A stretch of 61,736 bases of DNA. It comes from a virus. Location: the IMG/VR virus record IMGVR_UViG_3300031454_000003, positions 1 through 61,736 of that record; one strand, written 5' to 3'. This document shows, one piece after another, positions 27,792-35,970 of this stretch (positions within the stretch are counted from its first letter, which is position 1; each line of letters opens with the position of its first letter). A program made the translations under genes and the position numbers. The notes beneath the pieces are model-generated. The model was not told the DNA's origin and searched no databases. It saw nothing but the letters and a program-made list of their open reading frames with translations.

Positions 27792-27836
27792 GCCAGGGCG
27801 GTGTTGAAGCACCGAGTCCCTGGCTTTATTGTATCA
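27792..27836 (-). promoter_or_regulatory. private HNH promoter (TGaTACAAT) plus nested leader hairpin, abutting the helicase stop
   Basis: GCCAGGG ACTC GGTG cttcaa CACC G CCCTGGC, followed by GGAGGT and ATG. Confidence 0.55.
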
Positions 27837-29333
27837 CCTCCAGGACGCATTTTGTACCTCCTTACGCTTCGCATACGCAATGTTTCGGCTTCTGATAAAA
27901 CCGTTGACTTCCTTGCTAGGTGGCGTCGGGTGAGCTAGGCGCACGTCAGCCGTAGCCGGTTCCTTAAACTTTTGTAGATACATATTTAATATCCAGCCGT
28001 CAGACTTACTTTTTGTAGCAGCGTAGTAAAGCAAACCGCCATAGAAGGCGCGCTTATCGGTGAAGGCGTAAAGGTTGCGACGTGTTTTCGGTTTGACCTC
28101 GGTAAGGTCGGCGTCAATACGTGCGCCCGGTTCGTACTCAGCTTCTTTCTTCTGCGGGATAGCGCCGCAATTCGGGCACTTCGCAGCAGGCTTGTAAACG
28201 TGAGCGCACTCTCTACACGTCACGTCTTTGGGCTTTTTCTTAAGCTCTTCTTCTCTTTCGGTTTGCGGGTCAACGTCGCCGGATATGTCCCAAGTCACAG
28301 GGTCACTTACAAAATCGCCATGCCTGTGAATGTTAAAGCCAAGATCAAGCACAACGCAGTCCGTTTTGCCCCGGTAGGAGCGAAGGCCGCGCCCGACGAT
28401 CTGTATCCAGGTCGTCAAGCTTTTCGTTTCCCGCTCTACTATCACGCATGAGATGGCGGGACAGTCGAAACCGCGCCCGAGCACTCCGTAGTTGCAAATT
28501 ATCTTCAGATCGCCACATGCAATAGCCTCAAAAGCTGCTTGACGTTCGTGCTGAGGGGTATTGCTATCTATATGGAAAGACGGTATGCCCGCCTCGTTGA
28601 ACAGTTCGGCGTTACGTCTGCTTGTTGCCACGTTAGGGCCGAACAGCACCGTAGGGCGTCCCTCTGCGAAAGTCTGCCAGTGTTTGACGACACCGCCGAT
28701 CAGGGTTAGCTTCTCAAACGCCGCTGCCTGTGACGCTTCGGTGTAGTCGCCGCCGGAGAGTTTTAGCAGTTCGCTGTCTGACTCTTTGACGCTGAAGTAA
28801 CGCGGGCGTACTAGGTAGCCTTCGCGTATCAGGGACTCGCAAGAAGGGCCGCGTGCCATAGCTGTGTAAACGTCTGTAGGCTTTGGCGTAGCGGTCAAGC
28901 CGACTTCGTAAGCGTTAGGCCAACGCGCCCGGATAGCTGCCCACATGCCGGTATCCTTTGAAGCTTCGTGCGCTTCGTCGGTGATGATCAAATCGGGCTC
29001 GAGCCAGTCCAGGTAAGCAAGACGGCTGTAAACGGTGTGTACTGAAGCAACCTGTACCGGCGCGTCCGTGCGGTAGGTGTTGCCCGCCATGAGTACCGCT
29101 GCGTCGATGCCTAGAGCCGTGTAGGAGTCTAAAGCCTGCTTGACTAGGGTGCGGCCTGAGACGATGAATAAAACCCGTTTGCCTTTACGGACGGCACTCT
29201 CGACGATGTGCGCGCTAGTTCGAGTCTTGCCTGAACCTGTTGCGCTCTGCATGATGACTTTGCGGTGACTTTGTGACAGCAGCCGTCTTGTCTGGTCGAT
29301 CAGTACCTGCTGATACGGCCTCAGAGAAATCAT
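27834..29333 (-). CDS. SF2 (DEAH-type) helicase with a C-terminal zinc ribbon
   Basis: MQSATGSGKT (Walker A), ITDEAHEAS (DEAH box), CRECAHVYKPAAKCPNCG. Confidence 0.85.
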   Translation of the reverse strand: MISLRPYQQVLIDQTRRLLSQSHRKVIMQSATGSGKTRTSAHIVESAVRKGKRVLFIVSGRTLVKQALDSYTALGIDAAVLMAGNTYRTDAPVQVASVHTVYSRLAYLDWLEPDLIITDEAHEASKDTGMWAAIRARWPNAYEVGLTATPKPTDVYTAMARGPSCESLIREGYLVRPRYFSVKESDSELLKLSGGDYTEASQAAAFEKLTLIGGVVKHWQTFAEGRPTVLFGPNVATSRRNAELFNEAGIPSFHIDSNTPQHERQAAFEAIACGDLKIICNYGVLGRGFDCPAISCVIVERETKSLTTWIQIVGRGLRSYRGKTDCVVLDLGFNIHRHGDFVSDPVTWDISGDVDPQTEREEELKKKPKDVTCRECAHVYKPAAKCPNCGAIPQKKEAEYEPGARIDADLTEVKPKTRRNLYAFTDKRAFYGGLLYYAATKSKSDGWILNMYLQKFKEPATADVRLAHPTPPSKEVNGFIRSRNIAYAKRKEVQNASWR

Positions 29334-29556
29334 GAGAAAACCGCCGTTTTTTCACACACGCGCGCATTAACAGAAACCCTTTTAGCTTCTGCCCTTGCAC
29401 CTAAGTTTAGACTGATCCGGTTTCGACCCTTAAAAGCCCCGGTAAGGGATGAGTGATTAAGGGCTGGCTTTTCTTCGGCTGAGTCACCACGCCAAACCTC
29501 GCCCTTTAAGTTCTCTCTTACCGGGCGCTTTTTGCTTTTAGAAGAAACCCATTCAC

Positions 29557-29655
29557 TATATATATAAAGGGGTGCTGTTTTAGACACGGGGGGGGTGTGC
29601 AGGGGACAGCACGGGGGGGGGGTGCTAAAACGGACATAGGGGGGGGTGCTAAAAA
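29557..29655. other. putative replication origin: G-tract iterons next to (TA)5
   Basis: (TA)5 at 29557..29566. G runs of 4, 8, 4, 10 and 8 nt. GGGGTGCT occurs 3 times plus GGGGTGTGC once. Lies directly 3' of the initiator-like gene. Confidence 0.45.
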
Positions 29656-29993
29656 TCACCTTTAACCGCCTCCCAATCCTCTGCAAACTCTCGAGTCTCG
29701 GATTGTCTGATGTGCTTAAACGGGTTGCCGAAAGCTAGGTAGTAAGTGTTTTCCGACTGACTGCCGTCCTTGCGGTACTGGGCCTGTCGTTTGACAAGCC
29801 CGTCGTCTATAAGTGCATTGAGATGACTGATTGCCACACGGCGAGAAACACCCGTTGCTTTGACGATCTCCCTAACAGTCAGGTTGCATTCTCCTGAGTC
29901 ATTAGAGTTAGAGGCTAGGTAAAGCAGAATGAGCTTCCGGCCCGCTGGAGTCACGGGAGTATTCCAAGCCCACCGATAAGCGGTGCGGCTCAT
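29649..29993 (-). CDS. winged-HTH replication initiator/organiser-like protein
   Basis: YRWAWNTPVTPAGRKLILLYLASNSNDSGECNLTVREIVKATGVSRRVAISHLNALIDDGLV. ATGA-coupled start. Confidence 0.5.
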   Translation of the reverse strand: MSRTAYRWAWNTPVTPAGRKLILLYLASNSNDSGECNLTVREIVKATGVSRRVAISHLNALIDDGLVKRQAQYRKDGSQSENTYYLAFGNPFKHIRQSETREFAEDWEAVKGDF

Positions 29994-30175
29994 GCTGCGT
30001 CGTCCTCGAGCCCGGTAAGAAGCAAGAAGGCGGTTTCGGCGTCGCCTCTCTCGGCGTAACAGTTGTGACATTCGGCGTCCCATTCGGCGTAGTGCGCGCC
30101 GCAGTTTTCGCAGTGCCATACCGGGACGCTAAACACGCCGCCGCAGGTAAGACACTGATACTCGGGGCCGGTCAT
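29990..30175 (-). CDS. small double zinc-ribbon protein
   Basis: CLTCGG...CENCG...CHNC. Confidence 0.5.
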   Translation of the reverse strand: MTGPEYQCLTCGGVFSVPVWHCENCGAHYAEWDAECHNCYAERGDAETAFLLLTGLEDDAA

Positions 30176-30645
30176 GCCGCTAGCTGCTGTCTGCTTTGCA
30201 GATACGCCCGTAGTGCGGCCTCTGCCTGCTTGTTCATAGCCTTCGTTACCGAGTTCTCCCAGCCGGTGCTATTTGCGTAGGAGAACCATTTTTCTACCCA
30301 GCCCTTTAATTCGTCCTCACCCGTTAGCCACACCTTTTCGGTCGTGTAGCCGGGGTAAGGATAAAAGCATTGCAAGGCGGCGGGTTTATTAGGCTGCCCC
30401 CAGATAACGAAGGTTGTTACAAGCCCGGTTGCCTGCAAGCTGCAAAACATCCGGCGTTGCCCTTCGGGGATCGGGTTATTCGGTAGCTTTGCCTCAAAAA
30501 GTAACAGGTGACTGTTTCTCTCGACCATCCCGTCACCGTCTGATACCCGTATCTTTGTGCTACCAAAACAACCGTTTAGAAATGACCAGTCCCATACTGT
30601 TGCAGCGTATTTGCCTAAGTCGCGGATATTGCCGTGAGTTGTCAT
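30172..30645 (-). CDS. PD-(D/E)xK-like nuclease-fold protein (tentative)
   Basis: SDGDGMVERNSHLLLFEAKLP...EGQRRMF has D...E.K spacing. Confidence 0.35.
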   Translation of the reverse strand: MTTHGNIRDLGKYAATVWDWSFLNGCFGSTKIRVSDGDGMVERNSHLLLFEAKLPNNPIPEGQRRMFCSLQATGLVTTFVIWGQPNKPAALQCFYPYPGYTTEKVWLTGEDELKGWVEKWFSYANSTGWENSVTKAMNKQAEAALRAYLQSRQQLAA

Positions 30646-31751
30646 GCTACCCGCCTGACAACTGGCCCGAACTGCTTAAACACTTCGGCAAATTTCTCTA
30701 CGTTTTCGCCCATGTAAATAAAGCAGCTACCGTGCGTGCTGCCGCTGGCCTCACCCGTCGGTGCGTAGAAGTTGATACGGCCCTTTGTAAAGCAAAGCGT
30801 ATGGTTCCATAAGGGCGCAAACCATTCGGTTTCATTGCTGTTGCTGTTGAGTAGCAGTATGGCCTCGGTAACGTTCCCGGCTTCAAACTCTGCTACCGCC
30901 TTACGGACAAACTTTCTGCAAAGGTCGCCCCAGGGCGGGTTAAGCCATAGACGACCTGACCATTCCTTGTCTAGCCCGTTTGTCTCGGCGGTGTAGTAGA
31001 CCGCCGCCTGAATAACCTTTTGTGCGGTGTCGTTTGACGCCGGGTCAATATCAAACCCGCCCATAACCTCACACGCCGCCTCTATATAGATCGGTGGCGT
31101 GTACCATTCGACGCTTTCGTTTAAGAGAACGTTAAGGTGCCGCCGCCGCTCTTTTTCCTCGGGCTTTACTTTGCCCTGTGCGTCGTGCGTTTCGTAATGT
31201 TGTTTCTGATACTGCTTTTGTCGAGCGGTTGCTTCGTATTCAGTAGCAGCGATAGCGGCAAACAGGGCGCTACTCTCACCGCTGCCCGTGTCTACATGCC
31301 CGGTTAATTCGGCTTCCTCTAAGACGCTGCCGACACGCTCGAGCATCCCGGCTGTAACTGGCTTACCCGTAGACTTTGCGTAACCGTTAGCAAGCCGGAC
31401 GATAGCGGGCTGTATTTCAGGGTCGAAACTCGTCAACGCTCGAGCCTGTCTCTCGTTAGCAGGTAGCGGCGTTTGTGTCCCATGGGACACATTTTCGTTT
31501 TCTATCCTATGGACAACTTCAGCCGACTCCATAAGCCGGTAGGCTTGACGCCTCGGTATCTGCCATTTCTGCTGGCAGTAGTCCTCAAACGTTCCGTATT
31601 CTTCCCGGTAGAGTTTGCCGTCACGAATAGCTAAAAGTGCGTCGCCTACTTCGTAAAACGTCTTTAGGCCCGCTTCGATTTTCAGCTCGAGCATTTCGTA
31701 CTCGGTTACTTCGTCAAAGCTAAGCGTCTCCGGTATAACAACGTCAGTCAC
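30642..31751 (-). CDS. phage Dam-family N6-adenine DNA methyltransferase with an N-terminal extension of about 200 aa
   Basis: VEWYTPPIYIEAACEVMGGFDIDPASN...LWLNPPWG...ILLLNSNSNETEWF. Confidence 0.8.
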   Translation of the reverse strand: MTDVVIPETLSFDEVTEYEMLELKIEAGLKTFYEVGDALLAIRDGKLYREEYGTFEDYCQQKWQIPRRQAYRLMESAEVVHRIENENVSHGTQTPLPANERQARALTSFDPEIQPAIVRLANGYAKSTGKPVTAGMLERVGSVLEEAELTGHVDTGSGESSALFAAIAATEYEATARQKQYQKQHYETHDAQGKVKPEEKERRRHLNVLLNESVEWYTPPIYIEAACEVMGGFDIDPASNDTAQKVIQAAVYYTAETNGLDKEWSGRLWLNPPWGDLCRKFVRKAVAEFEAGNVTEAILLLNSNSNETEWFAPLWNHTLCFTKGRINFYAPTGEASGSTHGSCFIYMGENVEKFAEVFKQFGPVVRRVA

Positions 31752-31951
31752 GCCGACGCCCTATCGAGTTTTATCAGTTCGTGCGGAAAGTAGCCTTCAA
31801 GGTTTTTCGGGTTGCACTCCGGCGGCAGATTGTCACGCAAAACACCGTAGGCCGGTGCATGCGAAGTTTCTTTAATTGTGCCGATACCGTCAGGCGTTTG
31901 CACCCTGTCGCCTATGTCAAAACGTTGTGTCACGTTTCTCCTAAAAAGCAT
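31748..31951 (-). CDS. hypothetical small protein
   Basis: 67-aa ORF in the chain. Confidence 0.5.
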   Translation of the reverse strand: MLFRRNVTQRFDIGDRVQTPDGIGTIKETSHAPAYGVLRDNLPPECNPKNLEGYFPHELIKLDRASA

Positions 31952-32001
31952 GTAAAAAGGCTGCCTGAATAGCAGCCCTGCAAGGTTGTTTTAGGTTTTA
32001 T

Positions 32002-33042
32002 TTAAGCGGCTTTCGGATCAGGCGGGTAGTGGTTCGCCTCCTCGTGGAAGGCCGCCTCTTCCCGCGCATCGGCTTTTTTGTCGAGCTCTACTCGAGCGTT
32101 GACAAACTCAAACCATCTCCGGTAGAGGTTGCTAAGGTCGCCCTCGCTTACTTTTCCTACCTGGGCCTTTACTTCATCCCAAGCAAGCATGAGCGTATGT
32201 CCGCCCTGACTAAAGGTTCCGGACTTCGCACCGTAGCTTCGAGCGTCCTCGTCAGACTGCCACTTCTCCCATACAGGTTTAGCGGCTTCAGCTTCACGCT
32301 TAGCTGCGCCCATAACGCGCTTTGCCTCGTCAACGGTAAGGTCTGAAGGTTCGATACCGATAACGTCACGTGTCGCTTTCGTTACCCGGTCGAACAAGGC
32401 GAGTTGCTTTTCTACGGTCAAGCCGAGCTTAGCGAGCGCCTTTAGCATCTCTCTAGCCCTACCCGGCCCTATGCCCTCGGGTATTGCCGTCTCCTGTACG
32501 GGCGTCTCAGCTGCTACAGGGGCAGCCTCTACGGTGTTCTCGCGTTCGGGTGTCACGGCGGTAGGGGCTACAGGCTCGGGCGTCTCAGGGGCGCTCTCAG
32601 CTTCATTGCGGGTAAGCAACTTGTGCAGAAAGTAATCGTCTTGAGACCAAAGCGCCAAACCAAGTCCCAGTCTCATCCAACACCGCTTTACGGCGTCGCT
32701 CATGGCGTCCTTGGCCCGCGCGCCGTCGTTGCTTTTTTGCAGCGGGTTCTCAACGTCTCCGGCCTCGATAACGCTGACTTCACGCCCATCGACCACGCAG
32801 CGTATTGTCACGAGCGCTCCTACTACTACGTTTTCTTGGGCCGGGAAGGTTGCGCTTTTCGTCGTTTCCTCCGGCGCGTAGCCTCGGATAAGCTCGACCG
32901 GCCCGACTGAATAGGCTCCTACGACAGACAGCGCACGCTCGGTAACGCTCGAGTGGCTGACATAATCGCCGCCCTTGCTACCCGGTTTTCGTTGCACGAG
33001 CTTTTCATTAAACGGTTTTGCCAAATCCTTAAGTTGCGACAT
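32002..33042 (-). CDS. Rad52/Sak-like single-strand annealing protein with a long C-terminal extension
   Basis: GGDYVSHSSVTERALSVVG ... AKDAMSDAVKRCWMRLGLGLALW. Confidence 0.6.
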   Translation of the reverse strand: MSQLKDLAKPFNEKLVQRKPGSKGGDYVSHSSVTERALSVVGAYSVGPVELIRGYAPEETTKSATFPAQENVVVGALVTIRCVVDGREVSVIEAGDVENPLQKSNDGARAKDAMSDAVKRCWMRLGLGLALWSQDDYFLHKLLTRNEAESAPETPEPVAPTAVTPERENTVEAAPVAAETPVQETAIPEGIGPGRAREMLKALAKLGLTVEKQLALFDRVTKATRDVIGIEPSDLTVDEAKRVMGAAKREAEAAKPVWEKWQSDEDARSYGAKSGTFSQGGHTLMLAWDEVKAQVGKVSEGDLSNLYRRWFEFVNARVELDKKADAREEAAFHEEANHYPPDPKAA

Positions 33043-33289
33043 CTTCTAAATCCTCCGCCTTCTCCAGCGTCAGCACACCGCGCCCGCCGACAAACGTCAG
33101 GGTGCGCTTAACGTCCTCCGCCGACACGCGCAGACGTAAAACCATGGTGTCCGGTTCGGTGTCATAGCTGAGGCCCAGAAACTCTCCGGTGATGGTCTCG
33201 AGATTAAGCGGGTCGGCGCTTGCAAGGTGGTCGGCGTCGTAATCGTCCTGACGCTCGTCATGGCTGGGTGAGTCTAGTGGGTCGGTCAC
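33029..33289 (-). CDS. hypothetical acidic protein
   Basis: GTGA-coupled 86-aa ORF. Confidence 0.5.
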   Translation of the reverse strand: MTDPLDSPSHDERQDDYDADHLASADPLNLETITGEFLGLSYDTEPDTMVLRLRVSAEDVKRTLTFVGGRGVLTLEKAEDLEDVAT

Positions 33290-33699
33290 GCCGTCGCCCG
33301 CAGAAACGACACGAACGCACGTAAGGCGGCCTCGGCGCGGTTTTCGCCGTCTGCTTGAAAAAAACGGGCGTTACCTTTTGGATAGAAATCTATCCCGAAG
33401 CTTTCATATCGCTCTTTGTTCCCATTATTCAAGAGATGGCAGATACGAAATTCAGCCTCGCCTTTGCGCGCAATCTCCTCAACCGAACTGCACACCCCCG
33501 CGTAGATATGGTTACGAAAAGCGGGTTCAGAGCAGGTGCTGAAGTCATCCCAAGGCAGCGTCCGGTAGTAGCCGTCGAAAGTCACGGCCACGTCGTAGCC
33601 TTCGTCTTGCCATCTATCCGGGTCGCGTTCCGTGCACTCCTTTACGAGTTGCAAGATGCCCATGTCTGAAACTTTTGTCGGTACAACTTCTATCGCCAT
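33286..33699 (-). CDS. hypothetical protein
   Basis: 137-aa ORF in the chain. Confidence 0.55.
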   Translation of the reverse strand: MAIEVVPTKVSDMGILQLVKECTERDPDRWQDEGYDVAVTFDGYYRTLPWDDFSTCSEPAFRNHIYAGVCSSVEEIARKGEAEFRICHLLNNGNKERYESFGIDFYPKGNARFFQADGENRAEAALRAFVSFLRATA

Positions 33700-33802
33700 C
33701 AGCTATCCTCTCCACTCAGTTTTGTTGCCATTCGCCGCTCCCAAAGCGCCATGAGGACGCCCGCCAAAATCCAAGCGGGCAGAAATGTAGTGAAGAAGTA
33801 GG

Positions 33803-34060
33803 TCAGTTCCATGATCCGCCGCCTTTTACGCCTTCCAGCTCCTCATCCGAACTCAACCTCACCCATCCCCCGGTCTGAAGGCTATGCTGTAGCGCCTGGT
33901 ATGCCGCCTCAGATTCGCTCAGCCGCTCGCTAAGCGTCGTCGCCCGGTCCTGGTACCGCTCAGCCCGCTCACGCCACACCTGCGCCTGTGTATAGGCCAC
34001 AGCGCCGACGATGTTAGTGGCGAGTAGGGCGGCGAAAAGTAGGATGATGAGTAAGGTCAC
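33803..34060 (-). CDS. small membrane protein
   Basis: N-terminal TM segment LLIILLFAALLATNIVGAVAY. GTGA-coupled. Confidence 0.5.
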   Translation of the reverse strand: MTLLIILLFAALLATNIVGAVAYTQAQVWRERAERYQDRATTLSERLSESEAAYQALQHSLQTGGWVRLSSDEELEGVKGGGSWN

Positions 34061-34326
34061 GTTGGCATCTCGAAAACATGTAAGACGAGCTGACCGTTGT
34101 ACATGACTGCTGTACCGAGGTGAGTAGAACTTGGACCGGTTATCTCATGACCGGTCCCGGCGATTCTGAATTTTCGGGTGATTTTCTTAGCGGCGGGGCT
34201 GACCAACGCCCAGAGGCAAAGCTGTTCGTTATCCTGCACACCTACGTGCAAGATTCTCGCGCCCATCGGCATCTCGAGCCGCACTTCATCTTGCGATGGG
34301 AGCAGGTATTTATAAACCTTTTTCAT
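34057..34326 (-). CDS. 89-aa protein, paralogue A of 34723..34992
   Basis: MKKVYKYLLPSQDEVRLEMPMGARILHVGVQDNEQLCLWALV... ATGA-coupled. Confidence 0.65.
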   Translation of the reverse strand: MKKVYKYLLPSQDEVRLEMPMGARILHVGVQDNEQLCLWALVSPAAKKITRKFRIAGTGHEITGPSSTHLGTAVMYNGQLVLHVFEMPT

Positions 34327-34511
34327 GGCGCGGCCCAATCAAGAGCCTTTACTGCTGCCGCCTCTTTACCGAGCGCCTTAAGCCGCTTTGCGCCTCCTAC
34401 GAGCACGTTCAGCTGCTTAGCTGCGCTTTGTGCCGTGGTGCTGTGGTGTGGTGCGGCTAGTCGTCTGACGATTGACTCGGCGTTAGCTAGACGTATTTCG
34501 TACGGAGTCAC
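34323..34511 (-). CDS. hypothetical small protein
   Basis: 62-aa ORF, GTGA-coupled. Confidence 0.45.
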   Translation of the reverse strand: MTPYEIRLANAESIVRRLAAPHHSTTAQSAAKQLNVLVGGAKRLKALGKEAAAVKALDWAAP

Positions 34512-34726
34512 GACGTACCCATCTCAGCGTTACGCCGGTACAAAATGCCGAGTACCTTGCCTACATGCTCCGGCCTAATCTCGACATCCGGAAACTCCCC
34601 CGGTTTCGCACTCAGCAGCGCGTCGGCGTCACACTCGGACATGTAGCGTTTGAGTTCCCTGCGGTATTTAGTCGTGCGGTCTAGCACGGCGGTATCGCTG
34701 CGGGATGCGAGTCTAAGACGGGTCAC
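34508..34726 (-). CDS. hypothetical small protein (short form of track ORF 34508..34885)
   Basis: GTG overlaps the TGA of paralogue B. Confidence 0.45.
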   Translation of the reverse strand: MTRLRLASRSDTAVLDRTTKYRRELKRYMSECDADALLSAKPGEFPDVEIRPEHVGKVLGILYRRNAEMGTS

Positions 34727-34992
34727 ATCGGCACCTCGAAAACGTGCAGGACGAAAGTCCCGTTGTGCATAAGCGCGGTACCGAGGTGGGTTGGGCTCGC
34801 CCCGGCCACCTCGTGGCCTGTCCCGGCGATTCTGAAACTTCGCGTTTTTGTCTCGCCTTTGGGGTTCACGAGCGCCCAGAGACAAAGCTGCTCGTTATCC
34901 TGCACACCTACGTGCAAGACTCTCGCGCCTATAGGCATCTCGAGTTTTACTTCGTCTTGCACTGGTAGAAGGTATTTGTGAACGACTCTCAC
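34723..34992 (-). CDS. 89-aa protein, paralogue B of 34057..34326
   Basis: (M)RVVHKYLLPVQDEVKLEMPIGARVLHVGVQDNEQLCLWALV... GTGA-coupled. Confidence 0.65.
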   Translation of the reverse strand: MRVVHKYLLPVQDEVKLEMPIGARVLHVGVQDNEQLCLWALVNPKGETKTRSFRIAGTGHEVAGASPTHLGTALMHNGTFVLHVFEVPM

Positions 34993-35147
34993 GTCGTCGC
35001 CTCGAGCAGCAGCGCATACCGCGTCTTGACACTTGCCCAAGCGCCATGTTTTGAGTTTGCTAAACCGGTATAGCCCCAACCTCTGAAATAAACGTGCCAG
35101 CGGTAAAGCTGACCGTCGGGACCATCAGGGTGAATAACGACGCGCAT
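34989..35147 (-). CDS. small ORF (52 aa), not on the track
   Basis: TGATG and GTGA overlaps link it into the chain. Confidence 0.35.
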   Translation of the reverse strand: MRVVIHPDGPDGQLYRWHVYFRGWGYTGLANSKHGAWASVKTRYALLLEATT

Positions 35148-35311
35148 CAGGCGGCTCTCCTCTGTTCTCTCTCGGCCTTCTTTCGGTTTACGAATGCCCG
35201 CAACGCCGTTATGGACTCGGGGTGCTTGCGTTTGAGTTCGTCAACGAGGCGGTGGTGTGGATTGGTGGGGGTTGGGGCGGCGGGTTCGGTGAGATTGCGT
35301 TCAAGACTCAT
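35147..35311 (-). CDS. small ORF (54 aa), not on the track
   Basis: The ATG overlaps the end of 35301..35585 and the stop overlaps the next ATG. Confidence 0.35.
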   Translation of the reverse strand: MSLERNLTEPAAPTPTNPHHRLVDELKRKHPESITALRAFVNRKKAEREQRRAA

Positions 35312-35585
35312 GCGCTGCCCCCATCTCCCCCATCAGCGCGGCGTAACCCGCTAGGTCTATGGCGCTGTCAGTGTGGGCCGGATTGTGCTGAAACCGCGCA
35401 AGCTTCATCAGCGCAAGCAGCGCAGCGGCGTCGTGAGGGGTTAGAGACCGCTCGGCAGGCAGGTCTAGGTATGCACTCCAGAGGCGTGCGATGCTTGCAA
35501 AACTGTCTTCAGCATCGCCGTGAACGGTTGCCCTCGAGCTGATGACGCACTCTTCAGCGGCGGCCAAAATGCCTACTCGGTTCAT
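35301..35585 (-). CDS. DUF6378-like protein
   Basis: TVHGDAEDSFASIARLWSAYL...LMKLARFQHNPAHTDSAIDLAGYAAL. Confidence 0.5.
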   Translation of the reverse strand: MNRVGILAAAEECVISSRATVHGDAEDSFASIARLWSAYLDLPAERSLTPHDAAALLALMKLARFQHNPAHTDSAIDLAGYAALMGEMGAAHES

Positions 35586-35806
35586 GCCTCGTCCTCTGTC
35601 GCAATCTCTATCGCCGCAAGGTAATTCCGGGCGTCGTATTCGGTGCGGGCGCGAATATACGTTTTGATAAGTTCGAGGGCGGTATCTACCGTTGCCTCGT
35701 CGGGCGTATTAGCAAAACGACTGCCAAAACCGCCCGGCTCAATAAAAAATGAACCGATTCTAAAACTGAGTCGCTTTAGGGCTTGAGTCGCTAAATTTTC
35801 TCTCAC
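35582..35806 (-). CDS. hypothetical protein (short form)
   Basis: GTGA overlap with the upstream small ORF. Confidence 0.45.
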   Translation of the reverse strand: MRENLATQALKRLSFRIGSFFIEPGGFGSRFANTPDEATVDTALELIKTYIRARTEYDARNYLAAIEIATEDEA

Positions 35807-35949
35807 GCTTTCACCTCGACCTTCTTCTCTCGGTTCGCTTTGATCCACGCCCTAAAGCCCGCCCGGACAAGCGGGATGCGGTCTTTAGGGATGCGGGGGG
35901 TGGGGGGGACGGTTAAGGTTCCGGTGTAGGGGGTTGGGGTGGTGGTCAT
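35803..35949 (-). CDS. small Thr/Pro-rich ORF (48 aa)
   Basis: MTTTPTPYTGTLTVPPTPRIPKDRIPLVRAGFRAWIKANREKKVEVKA. The C-rich coding strand is the complement of the G-tract. Confidence 0.3.
   Translation of the reverse strand: MTTTPTPYTGTLTVPPTPRIPKDRIPLVRAGFRAWIKANREKKVEVKA
35888..35939 (+). repeat. G-run cluster (G3, G6, G7, G5, G4) with G-quadruplex potential on the plus strand
   Basis: ggg atgc gggggg t ggggggg ... ggggg tt gggg. Confidence 0.6.
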
Positions 35950-35970
35950 GACGCCCTGCTAAGCTGGTAC

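Noticed and set aside
29569-29655. Short G-rich direct repeats as a CRISPR-like array
   Set aside because: The units are 8-17 nt with spacers of irregular length between them, and no cas genes are present. The pattern fits iterons, not CRISPR.
29330-29686. 118-aa minus-strand track ORF spanning the initiator-helicase gap
   Set aside because: Its translation runs through the poly-C/poly-G tracts (PPPCCPLHTPP) and the (TA)5. It has no SD and a low-complexity sequence. The interval is better explained as a non-coding origin-like region.
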